Assembly (NCBI GenBank): GCA_016297005.1 | Contig: JAEDHK010000007.1 | Coordinates: 27,465 to 91,464 of the forward strand | Source: Clostridia bacterium | GTDB lineage: Bacteria > Bacillota > Clostridia > Christensenellales > DTU072 | Length of the DNA: 64,000 nucleotides | Reading direction: 5' to 3' | Shown: positions 7,152 through 15,841 of the stretch, piece by piece | Position numbering within the stretch: position 1 is the stretch's first letter | How the letters are laid out: every line of letters begins with the position of its first letter | Made by a program: the position numbers and the translations under genes | The notes under the pieces: model-generated | The model's input: the letters and a program-made list of their open reading frames with translations, nothing else | What the model was told of the DNA's origin: nothing | Database searches by the model: none

Positions 7152-9782
7152 TTATTTTCCTCTTTTTTCTTTAAACAATTTGCGATTGAGTTTTCCTTGG
7201 CTACCTAATACTATCCCTGCAATAATCAACGCCCAGACGACGATGAAGATAAAGACCGTCCACCACCACGTGCCGATGAGGTATACCATACACGCGGTTA
7301 CGTAAGAGGTCGCGATCCAGAACAGGAGCGTTGAACGGAAAGCCTTCTTGCCCGGCAGTTCCGCTTTGGCCGTGGCAACGGCGGCAAAGCACGGAATAGT
7401 CAGCATATTGAAAGCGATAAAGGCGATCAGACCGGCTACGTTGATACCCGTGCCCGAGATCATGGCGGCTACGGCCGCGACGCCCCCGTCCGCTTCGACG
7501 TCGATAACGGCGCCGGCAAGGCATGCTCCGAGCGTACCGAAGGTGGCGATGACGTTTTCTTTGGCAATGAGTCCCGTGACGGCGGCGACAACGAATACCC
7601 ATCCGTTGGCGCCAAGCTGGCTCCCGAAACCGAGAGGCGTAAAGAGGGGCTGGATCAGTCCGCCGATACCCGCAAGAATACTGCCGTTGATCTGCTCGTC
7701 TTCCAGAAATTGCCAGTTCCAACCGAAGTGGCTTACGAACCAGATGAAGATGGTGGAAGCGAGGATGATGGTAAAGGCTTTCTTGACGAAGTGCTTGGCT
7801 TTATCCCACAAGTGAAGCATGAGCGATTTAAACTGAGGCATATGGTAAGCCGGCAGCTCCATAATGAAAGGCGGGACCTCTCCTTTCATCGTGGTCGCTC
7901 TCATCAGGATGACGCAAACAATGGCGACCGCAACGCCGAGCAGGTACATTCCGTACGTGATCAGGTCGGCATTGCCAACGCCGAACATTTGCACGATACC
8001 GCCTGCGATAGCCGTCAGAATGGGGAGCTTTGCACTGCAAGAGAAGAACGGAATAACGCGAATGGTCGCCGTACGTTCTTTCTCATCGGCAAGAGTACGG
8101 GTATTAATCATAGCGGGGATACTGCATCCGAATCCCATGATCATCGGCATGAACGCTCTGCCCGACAAACCGAAACGGCGAAAAATTCTGTCCAGAATGA
8201 ACGCTACGCGCGCCATATAACCGCTGTCTTCCAAGATGGAGAAGAACAGGAACAGCAGAAGTATCTGCGGCAGGAAGGAAAGCACCGAAAACAAGCCTGC
8301 CAGAATGCCGTCGACGACCAGGCCGCTCACCCAGGGGGCCGCACCGGAAAGGACTTGCGTCATGCATGCGGATAAGAATCCGGTAAAAGTATCCATCGTA
8401 TTAAAAAGAACAATGCCGGGGGTGAATACGCTTTCTTCGTATCCGAAAAAGGTATTCACCGTCACTTCCGAACAGAATTCGTCTATCGCGGAAGCAAACA
8501 TTACGTCCTCGAATTCTCCGTCCTCGTTTAAGACGAGTTGGACTTTATATCCGTCCTTATTATAAAATTGTTCGTATTTGCGCCCCGCACCGTCGTATAG
8601 ATCGACTAATTCGCCTTTTTCGTCGGTAAGAACGGCCAATTCGTTTCCGTCCGCGTCAAAAAAGGCTTTAACAGGGTTTCCTTCTTTGTCGTAAGCATAG
8701 GGTACGATTTCGAGCGCGGCCGGTTCTCCGTTCTCAAAAACGGCGACGACTTCGTTTCCGTCTGCGTCGTAGTAGATACCGCCGTCTTCGACGTCTTCAA
8801 TAACGTTACCGTTCGCGTCGTATACAACGATCGGTTCTTCCTTATCGAAAACGCCGCCTGCGCCTAGATATAGCAGGTCTTCCGAGAATGTCAAATGGAA
8901 GATCAAAAATAATAAGACTAAGAAAATCGGAATACCAAAAATGCGGTTTGTGAGCACCTTATCCGCTTTGTCCGACTTTGTTAATTGACGATCGGAAGAG
9001 GCCTTTTTCTTCGTCAATACGTGAGAATAATTTTGAGAAATGTATTTATATCGGCTGTCCGCAATGATGGCTTCGAAGTCGTTACCGAAAACTTTGTCGT
9101 TAAAAGTAATCCTGGATTCCTCGATCACTTTCGCGACGTCCGGATGCGCGGCAACTTCCCGTTCGTCCGATTCCGCCATTTTTACGGCGTGGAAAAGCGC
9201 GTTTTCTACGCCGGCGTTTTCAAATGCCCCTTTGCATTTGTTTATTAAGGGCATGACGTCGGCGTCTTCCAGCACCGTCACGCCCTTACGCGGAAGTTTG
9301 CTGAAATCGTACGCCCGTTTCATCAATTCGTCCAATCCTTTCCCTTTCAATGCGGAAATAGGAACAACAGGCACGCCGATTTTCTTTTCCAAAGCAGCGG
9401 CGTCTATCTTGTCACCGTTCTTCTCCACTTCGTCTATCATGTTCAAAGCGATGACGAGCGGCACGTCGATCTCCATAAGTTGAGTAGTAAGATAGAGGTT
9501 ACGTTCCGGGTTTGTCGCGTCGACGATGTTGATCACGCAGTCCGGTTTTTCGTCCAAAATAAAATTCCGTGAGATGACTTCTTCCGGCGAGTAGGGCGAT
9601 AAGGAGTATATTCCGGGCAGGTCGACGATAAAAATGGGCTCTGCACACTTTTTGTAGATGCCCTCTTTCTTGTCTACGGTAACGCCCGGCCAGTTACCGA
9701 CGTGTGCCGTCGAGCCGGTCAGGTTATTAAATAAAGTTGTTTTTCCGCAATTTGGGTTGCCGGCAAGCGCAAATTTTTTCAT
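7152..9782 (-). CDS. feoB: Ferrous iron transporter FeoB with a ~145-aa insertion after the first TM helix
   Basis: G-domain GNPNCGKTTLFN and VDLPG, followed by a polytopic permease. At 876 aa it is longer than usual. Confidence 0.9.
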   Translation of the reverse strand: MKKFALAGNPNCGKTTLFNNLTGSTAHVGNWPGVTVDKKEGIYKKCAEPIFIVDLPGIYSLSPYSPEEVISRNFILDEKPDCVINIVDATNPERNLYLTTQLMEIDVPLVIALNMIDEVEKNGDKIDAAALEKKIGVPVVPISALKGKGLDELMKRAYDFSKLPRKGVTVLEDADVMPLINKCKGAFENAGVENALFHAVKMAESDEREVAAHPDVAKVIEESRITFNDKVFGNDFEAIIADSRYKYISQNYSHVLTKKKASSDRQLTKSDKADKVLTNRIFGIPIFLVLLFLIFHLTFSEDLLYLGAGGVFDKEEPIVVYDANGNVIEDVEDGGIYYDADGNEVVAVFENGEPAALEIVPYAYDKEGNPVKAFFDADGNELAVLTDEKGELVDLYDGAGRKYEQFYNKDGYKVQLVLNEDGEFEDVMFASAIDEFCSEVTVNTFFGYEESVFTPGIVLFNTMDTFTGFLSACMTQVLSGAAPWVSGLVVDGILAGLFSVLSFLPQILLLFLFFSILEDSGYMARVAFILDRIFRRFGLSGRAFMPMIMGFGCSIPAMINTRTLADEKERTATIRVIPFFSCSAKLPILTAIAGGIVQMFGVGNADLITYGMYLLGVAVAIVCVILMRATTMKGEVPPFIMELPAYHMPQFKSLMLHLWDKAKHFVKKAFTIILASTIFIWFVSHFGWNWQFLEDEQINGSILAGIGGLIQPLFTPLGFGSQLGANGWVFVVAAVTGLIAKENVIATFGTLGACLAGAVIDVEADGGVAAVAAMISGTGINVAGLIAFIAFNMLTIPCFAAVATAKAELPGKKAFRSTLLFWIATSYVTACMVYLIGTWWWTVFIFIVVWALIIAGIVLGSQGKLNRKLFKEKRGK

Positions 9783-10012
9783 TATTTTACCTCCGCAATA
9801 ACGGCTTCCGCCTCGCTTTTTCTTAAAGTCAGTTCGTATCCTCGCAAGGTTACCTCGACGGGATCGCCCAGCGGCGCAACCTTCCTTAAATAAACGATTG
9901 CGCCCGGGGTTACCCCCATGTCGAACAAGCGACGCCGTATCTTACCTTCGCCGCCTACAGACTTGATCACACCGGTCTGTCCAACAAAAAACTCACTCAG
10001 TTTTTTTTCCAT
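9782..10012 (-). CDS. feoA: FeoA family protein
   Basis: 76-aa FeoA/SH3-like domain (IRRRLFDMGVTPGAIV). ATGA overlap with feoB. Confidence 0.85.
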   Translation of the reverse strand: MEKKLSEFFVGQTGVIKSVGGEGKIRRRLFDMGVTPGAIVYLRKVAPLGDPVEVTLRGYELTLRKSEAEAVIAEVK

Positions 10013-10045
10013 ATTTTTTTGATTCCTCCTTTATTATTCGTTTAT

Positions 10046-10261
10046 TTATACTCTCACAAGAATTTTTGTCGCCAGGTTTTTATCGAGCGCGAGTCTCCCC
10101 TCTTTTACCATCAAAACGACGCTACCGCACTCTTCGGACAAAACGGTCACAGTCGACCCTGTGGTTATCCCCAGGTTTTCCAGATGCTTTTTTACTTTTT
10201 CTTCGGTCATAATTTTGATTACCGTAACCGGAACGTTCATAGGCGCCATAACGATCGGCAT
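10046..10261 (-). CDS. feoA: FeoA family protein (second copy)
   Basis: HLENLGITTGSTVTV...MVKEGRLALD. I start it at MPIV because of the GGGAGGG SD. The longer track ORF has no SD. Confidence 0.7.
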   Translation of the reverse strand: MPIVMAPMNVPVTVIKIMTEEKVKKHLENLGITTGSTVTVLSEECGSVVLMVKEGRLALDKNLATKILVRV

Positions 10262-10309
10262 TTTGCCCTCCCTATTATATAAATATAATTTCATATTCAT
10301 TTTAACAAA

Positions 10310-10338
10310 AATATACTCCTCTCCTTTTCCGTTGTCAA
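10310..10338 (-). promoter_or_regulatory. feo operon promoter TTGACA-17-TATATT
   Basis: Minus-strand TTGACA (10333-10338), a 17-nt spacer, and TATATT (10310-15). Confidence 0.5.
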
Positions 10339-10345
10339 GCAAAAA

Positions 10346-10370
10346 ATGAAATTAATTTCATATTAATATG
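10346..10370. promoter_or_regulatory. Two overlapping perfect palindromes upstream of the feo promoter (candidate metalloregulator operator)
   Basis: ATGAAATTAATTTCAT (10346-10361) and CATATTAATATG (10359-10370), both read directly. Confidence 0.35.
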
Positions 10371-10393
10371 GAAATTTGGTATACAATAAAAAT

Positions 10394-10413
10394 ACTCCCT
10401 TATATAAGGGAGT
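10394..10413 (-). terminator. Terminator of the lgt-iorAB operon
   Basis: Perfect 9-bp stem ACTCCCTTA/TAAGGGAGT, followed by ATTTTTATT on the minus strand. Confidence 0.65.
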
Positions 10414-10443
10414 AAAAATCTTTCGTTATGCGTTAAAAATTTT

Positions 10444-11001
10444 TCAGATTGCCCGATAGCCGTAGTCGAACGCTTTGTCGTTGATCTCCGTCAGTTTAGC
10501 CGGGATCGATCCCATCAGCGCCGCTTTCATCTTGTCGTAAGATAATCCCATGATTTTGGTAAAAGCGCCAAGAATGACAGAATTTGCCGCCTTAGAACTT
10601 CCTGCTTTTTCGGCGAGACCGAGCGCGTCGATGGCCTTGGAGTTTTCCGGAAGTCTTTTTTCTATATCAGTCGGATAGGCGCACGCGCCGGTTACGACAG
10701 GCATGGGCATAATTTCTTGCGAAGAATAGAGCAAGAACCCGTCTTTTTTGAGATAATGCGCGTAGCGCAACGCTTCCAATTTTTCAAAAGCAAGAATGAC
10801 GTCCGCCCCGCCTTCCTCGATCAAAGGAGAGGCGATATTATCGCCGATACGTACAAACGTAATAACGCTGCCGCCGCGCTGGGACATACCGTGCACTTCG
10901 CTCAATTTGCAATCGAGATCATTATCCAGGGCGTATTTGCCGAGCACTCTGCTGGCAAGTAAGGTCCCTTGCCCACCTACGCCGGTGATCAATATATCCA
11001 T
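10444..11001 (-). CDS. iorB: Indolepyruvate ferredoxin oxidoreductase subunit beta
   Basis: MDILITGVGGQGTLLASRVLG... and a typical IorB length (185 aa), downstream of iorA. Confidence 0.85.
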   Translation of the reverse strand: MDILITGVGGQGTLLASRVLGKYALDNDLDCKLSEVHGMSQRGGSVITFVRIGDNIASPLIEEGGADVILAFEKLEALRYAHYLKKDGFLLYSSQEIMPMPVVTGACAYPTDIEKRLPENSKAIDALGLAEKAGSSKAANSVILGAFTKIMGLSYDKMKAALMGSIPAKLTEINDKAFDYGYRAI

Positions 11002-11011
11002 AATATACCTC

Positions 11012-12727
11012 CTAATTCTTTTCTATCGCGCCGAACTTGCAAACGCTTTGACAAAGTCCGCATTCCGTACAGAGAGAAGTGTCGATTCTCGCTCCGTTTT
11101 CGGTAAAGCTGATCGCGGGACAACCAAGCTTCATGCAGGCTTTACACTTTTTGCACTTATCGTTAACGACAAAGCCTTTATAAAGCTTTTTCGTAAGAAG
11201 CACGCAAGGACGTTTGCTGATAATAACGGAAACGCCCTTCTTATTCAGTTCTTCTTTTACCGCTTTTTCCATTGCCGCCAGATCGTACGGATCGACGACG
11301 GTCACGGAGGGCACGCCGAGGCTACGACAGACGTTTTCGAGATCGACTTCATAAGTCGGATTGTTATGGATATCTTTGCCGTTGGCGGGGTTATTCTGAT
11401 GCCCTGTCATACCGGTGGTACGGTTATCGAGAATGATGACGGTAATATTGCTATGATTATATACGGCTTCTACAATGCCGGTCAGACCACTATGAATAAA
11501 GGTCGAGTCGCCGATGACCGCCACCGTATTCCCGGCAAAAGCAGGATCGGCCTTTTCTGCGCCTACAGCCATGCCGATACTTGCGCCCATACAAACGGTC
11601 GCTTCGATTGCGCAAAGGGGAGGTACTGCGCCGAGGGTATAACACCCGATATCGCCCATAACCGACACTTTCATTTTATTGAGCGTATAAAAGACGCCGC
11701 GATGCGGACATCCGGCGCACAAAACGGGCGGGCGGGCGGGGATTTGGGCGACGGATACTTCATTCTTGACGCCCAGGATCTTTTCTTTAATCAGGTTGAC
11801 GGAAAACTCTCCTTGAATACCGAAAATATTCTTTCCTTCCACGTTTCCGATACCGTTCGCTTTAAGCAGTCCTTCGATATGCCCTTCCAGCTCTTCGATG
11901 ACAATACAACGCTTCACGCTCGAAACGAATTCTTTCACGAGATCGTACGGGAGCGGATAGACCATGCCCAGTTTCAGAACGCTCGCCTCTGGCAAAGCCT
12001 CTCTTACGTAGTTATAGACACCGCCGGCGCAAATGATACCGAGATCGGCGCTTCTTCTTTCAATCCTGTTGATAGAAAAGCCGTTGCTGTCGGCAGATAA
12101 CCGCTTTAGACGGTCTTCCACAATGACGTGGCGTTTTTTTGCGTTGGCCGGCATCATAACGTACTTGCCGATATCCTTGACGTAAGGCTTGACCGGCACT
12201 TCTTTCCTCTCCCCGATCTCCACAAGGCTCTGCGAGTGAGCTACGCGGGTAGTAACGCGCAAAATAATAGGCGTATCGTACTTTTCGCTCAGTTCAAAAG
12301 CGAGCGAAGCAAATTCTTTACATTCCTGACTGTCGCCCGGTTCGATCACGGGCACGTTGGCGGCGCGAGCGATCAGACGGGTGTCCTGCTCGTTCTGTGA
12401 GCTGAACATGGACGGGTCGTCGGCAACGCAAACCACAAGCCCAGCGTTGATACCGGTATAGGCCACGGTAAAGAGCGGATCGGCGGCGACGTTCAGACCG
12501 ACGTGTTTCATCCCGACGATAGTCCTTGCTCCGTGAATAGAACTGCCGATAGCGACCTCCATAGCAACTTTTTCGTTCGGCGCCCATTCCGAATTGATTT
12601 CCGGAAAGCGTGATAATTCTTCGGTAATCTCCGTACTCGGCGTCCCCGGATAGGCCGTCGCCACATGTACGCCGGCTTCGTACGCGCCGCGCGCTATGGC
12701 GAAATCTCCCAATAACATCTTTTTCAT
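11012..12727 (-). CDS. iorA: Indolepyruvate ferredoxin oxidoreductase subunit alpha
   Basis: N-terminal AYPGTPSTEI, a TPP-binding region GDSTFIHSG, and two C-terminal 4Fe-4S motifs (CKKCKAC...CP, CTECGLCQSVC). Confidence 0.9.
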   Translation of the reverse strand: MKKMLLGDFAIARGAYEAGVHVATAYPGTPSTEITEELSRFPEINSEWAPNEKVAMEVAIGSSIHGARTIVGMKHVGLNVAADPLFTVAYTGINAGLVVCVADDPSMFSSQNEQDTRLIARAANVPVIEPGDSQECKEFASLAFELSEKYDTPIILRVTTRVAHSQSLVEIGERKEVPVKPYVKDIGKYVMMPANAKKRHVIVEDRLKRLSADSNGFSINRIERRSADLGIICAGGVYNYVREALPEASVLKLGMVYPLPYDLVKEFVSSVKRCIVIEELEGHIEGLLKANGIGNVEGKNIFGIQGEFSVNLIKEKILGVKNEVSVAQIPARPPVLCAGCPHRGVFYTLNKMKVSVMGDIGCYTLGAVPPLCAIEATVCMGASIGMAVGAEKADPAFAGNTVAVIGDSTFIHSGLTGIVEAVYNHSNITVIILDNRTTGMTGHQNNPANGKDIHNNPTYEVDLENVCRSLGVPSVTVVDPYDLAAMEKAVKEELNKKGVSVIISKRPCVLLTKKLYKGFVVNDKCKKCKACMKLGCPAISFTENGARIDTSLCTECGLCQSVCKFGAIEKN

Positions 12728-12745
12728 TCCTGTTTACTCCTTGTA

Positions 12746-13642
12746 TTATAAAGAGGCAAGCTCTTCCGTTTTTTTCTTCGGTACGGTCGGTAAAGGCGGG
12801 ATCCCTTCCTTATAAAAAATCTTTTGTCCTTTCTTCTTTGCGCGTATGCCCAAAAAGACGATCAATCCGATGCAAACGGCAGCTGCGATATAGCAGAACA
12901 AAATAACGCTGTTAAAACCCAACGCCTTATCCACAACGTTCGGTTCGTCCGCGCGGATAAATTCCAGACTGCCGCGCACCATGCAGTACCATGCCGGATA
13001 AGAGAGCGTCCCCATACCCTTGATGTCGATATGGTAATATAAATAGGCTAATACAAAAAAGCCGATAAAATTAAGCACGCCCTCATAAAAAAAGGTCGCC
13101 TGATACCAACCGCCTTCGTCGGCAATATAGATTGCTAACGGAAACCATTGATGCGTCGGATCGGTAACGAGTTGTCCGTATAATTCCTGGTTAAAAAAGT
13201 TCCCCCATCTTCCGATGACCTGAGCAATCAGAACGGTAGGCAAAACAAGATCGACCGTCCGCACAAAATCCACTTTGTAAATCTTGCACCAAATAAGACC
13301 GCCAAGCACGCCCCCGGGCACGCCCCACATAATGGTTAGACCCCCTCTCCAGATTGCGATGGTATTAACGAAAGCGTCCCAGTCGTACGGAGAGGTAAAA
13401 TAATACTTATAGTTAGAAACGACGTACCCGAGACGGGCGAAAATGATCGCCATAGGGATACAAATCAAAAATAGCGTCAGCACGTCGTCGCTCTTTACGT
13501 TAATCCTCTTAAAACGGCGAATACAAATAGCCAGAGATAATAGCATACCGATGGTAATCAGTATTCCATACCACGCTACCGATACCTTACCGATGGAAAA
13601 AGCGATCGGCGTAACTTCTCCAGTCCAATGCATCGACGACAT
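12746..13642 (-). CDS. lgt: Prolipoprotein diacylglyceryl transferase
   Basis: GRWGNFFNQELYG signature and a polytopic topology. I start it at MSSMHW with a GGAGG SD. Only 18 nt separate it from iorA. Confidence 0.85.
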   Translation of the reverse strand: MSSMHWTGEVTPIAFSIGKVSVAWYGILITIGMLLSLAICIRRFKRINVKSDDVLTLFLICIPMAIIFARLGYVVSNYKYYFTSPYDWDAFVNTIAIWRGGLTIMWGVPGGVLGGLIWCKIYKVDFVRTVDLVLPTVLIAQVIGRWGNFFNQELYGQLVTDPTHQWFPLAIYIADEGGWYQATFFYEGVLNFIGFFVLAYLYYHIDIKGMGTLSYPAWYCMVRGSLEFIRADEPNVVDKALGFNSVILFCYIAAAVCIGLIVFLGIRAKKKGQKIFYKEGIPPLPTVPKKKTEELASL

Positions 13643-13976
13643 TACAGAGCCTCCATAGAAAAAACTGCTTATTATTATATAACAGAAACAATAAATATGC
13701 AATTCTTTATTTTTATCAATAAATGAAAGATGTTGAGAAATAACAACCTGCTCTCCTTTTGCAAAGTGTGAAAACTTACGTCCTTCCCGTACATAGCGTG
13801 GGAGAAAAGGGAGATTTTGTCCGCACGCCTAATGGCGTGGAGAGATGGTTTTTAATGGACTCCGCGCAAAAAGATAGCTTTATTCTGTTGCCTGTTTTTT
13901 TAAAACCCCCACCACACAAAGTGTGTCCATCCCCCTTTACAAAGGGTGTAAACAACCTTTGTACTATAAAAAAATT

Positions 13977-13996
13977 CGCCCCGGCTCTGCGGGGCG
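13977..13996 (-). terminator. Terminator of the ABC transporter operon
   Basis: CGCCCC-8 nt-GGGGCG, followed on the minus strand by AATTTTTTTATAG. Confidence 0.7.
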
Positions 13997-14010
13997 AAAT
14001 AAAACTTTTT

Positions 14011-15138
14011 TTACAGAACTTTCGATAAAAATCCTTGCAAACGCTCGTTCTTCGGATTTCCGAACACCTGTTCCGGCGGGCCATCCTCGGCGATCTTACC
14101 TTGGTCGATAAAGAGCGCGCGGGTGGCGACTTCTCTCGCAAATCCCATTTCGTGCGTTACGATGATCATGGTCATACCTTCTTCGGCAATCTGCTTAATA
14201 AGATCAAGCACTTCGCCCACCATTTCCGGGTCGAGCGCGCTGGTCGGCTCATCAAAGAGCATCACCTTCGGATTCATCGCAAGAGCACGTACGATGGCAA
14301 TACGCTGTTTTTGTCCGCCCGAGAGGGTAGACGGATAGACGTTGGCCTTTTCGGCAAGTCCGATCCGCTTCAAAAGCTTCATGGCGTTTTCTTCGGCGGC
14401 GGCGACGATCTCTTTCCTGTTCTTATACGGCGGATCGATCTTCGTCTTCGGCGTCGGATAGGTTACCCTCTCGATAAACCGTTCGGCATTTTCGATCTTG
14501 GTCTGAATGGCAAGACGTTGTTTGGTCAACTTCGGATCGTAATGGACCTGCTTTTTCCCGGCCTTTTCTTCCACTTTCTTAGTTTGTTCCCAGGCTTTTT
14601 CGATCGGAACAAGCTCGTCTTGCAACTTCTTGATCTCTTCCTTCTTCTGAGCGATCTGTTTATCGATGCGCGCGTTCAGCTTCTCTTGATTTTTGGCAAG
14701 CCACTTGTTATACGTCGGCATAATGAAGTTATTCCACTTTGCCTTTCTCAGCTTTTCCGTCTCCACCTTAACAGGCGCAAGAGTAATGTTTTTCATTACG
14801 GTCAGGTTATTGAACAGATTAAACTGTTGGAACACCATACCGATATTCCTGCGACATTCGTTGATATTGATCTTCAGGTCGGTCAGGTCCTCGCCCATAA
14901 AGATAATCTGTCCCGCCGTAGGGTCCTCCAACACGTTCAGACATCGCAAAAAAGTAGTTTTTCCTCCGCCGGACGGTCCAATAATGGCAATACGATCGCC
15001 CTCGTAAATATCAGCGGAAATATCATCGAGAACGAGAAGAGAACCAAAACGCTTGGTCAGGTGTTTTACCTCGATAATAGTCTTCTTTTGCACGGAGGTC
15101 TCCGCAACGTTATTTACTTTATCTGTCACTTTTTGCAA
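14011..15138 (-). CDS. Polar amino-acid ABC transporter ATP-binding protein with a ~115-aa helical insertion
   Basis: Walker [11 protein letters not shown]-loop MVFQQ, signature LSGGQKQR, Walker [13 protein letters not shown]-loop VTHEM. An alternative GTG start at 15092 with a GGAGAC SD is possible. Confidence 0.85.
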   Translation of the reverse strand: MQKVTDKVNNVAETSVQKKTIIEVKHLTKRFGSLLVLDDISADIYEGDRIAIIGPSGGGKTTFLRCLNVLEDPTAGQIIFMGEDLTDLKININECRRNIGMVFQQFNLFNNLTVMKNITLAPVKVETEKLRKAKWNNFIMPTYNKWLAKNQEKLNARIDKQIAQKKEEIKKLQDELVPIEKAWEQTKKVEEKAGKKQVHYDPKLTKQRLAIQTKIENAERFIERVTYPTPKTKIDPPYKNRKEIVAAAEENAMKLLKRIGLAEKANVYPSTLSGGQKQRIAIVRALAMNPKVMLFDEPTSALDPEMVGEVLDLIKQIAEEGMTMIIVTHEMGFAREVATRALFIDQGKIAEDGPPEQVFGNPKNERLQGFLSKVL

Positions 15139-15841
15139 ACCTCCTTTCGATCAGTCTGATAAGTGCGGTAATAACCAAAACAAGGATCAGGTAAACAGCA
15201 CCCAAAATAAGATACGGTACAATATACTCATAGTTACTGTCGGCAATAGATTTAAATGCTTTGGTCAAATCGACGACGGCAATAAAACTGACGACCGATG
15301 TTTCTTTGATAAGCACGATAAATTCATTACCGAGAGTGGGCAAAATATTCTTTATTGCCTGCGGTATAACGACCTTAAACATTGTAAAACCGTAACTGAG
15401 TCCAAGCGTGCGCCCTGCTTCCAATTGTCCTACGTCGACCGACTGGATACCGCTACGCATGATTTCGCTGACATACGCGCCGCTATTCATACCATATACA
15501 GACATGGCAACGATTACTCGATATAGCGTGATATTGATATTCAACGTAGCCGGTTTCAGATTCATCGCCGGGAATAACACGAAGTAAACAATCAACAGTT
15601 GCACCATGATCGGTGTTCCGCGGAAAATGGCGATGTACGTATCAGCAATCTTGCCAAGGACTTTTGTGACGATATTGTTCTGAGGCGTAACTTTAATAAC
15701 GGCAAGGATGGTACCGATGAGTATTCCCAATAACAGACCGACAACGGCAATAATTACCGTTGTCTTCAGTCCGTCTAATACGTCTTGGTATCCACCGTTC
15801 GTGTAAAACGAACGCCAGAATATATTCCAACTTTGTTCCAT
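15119..15841 (-). CDS. Amino-acid ABC transporter permease (His/Glu/Gln/Arg/opine family)
   Basis: EAA loop [22 protein letters not shown] and about 5 TM helices. Confidence 0.85.
   Translation of the reverse strand: MEQSWNIFWRSFYTNGGYQDVLDGLKTTVIIAVVGLLLGILIGTILAVIKVTPQNNIVTKVLGKIADTYIAIFRGTPIMVQLLIVYFVLFPAMNLKPATLNINITLYRVIVAMSVYGMNSGAYVSEIMRSGIQSVDVGQLEAGRTLGLSYGFTMFKVVIPQAIKNILPTLGNEFIVLIKETSVVSFIAVVDLTKAFKSIADSNYEYIVPYLILGAVYLILVLVITALIRLIERRFAKSDR

Noticed and set aside
7201-7722. 173-aa Arg-rich ORF, and other alternative-frame ORFs, inside feoB.
   Set aside because: It lies on the same strand in an alternative frame of a well-supported gene. It is extremely R-rich, which is typical of off-frame translation.
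13759-14141. ORFs 13759..14028 (+) and 13776..14141 (-) in the lgt/ABC intergenic region.
   Set aside because: They have non-ATG or SD-less starts, they run through a terminator hairpin and into the ATPase gene, and their composition is atypical.
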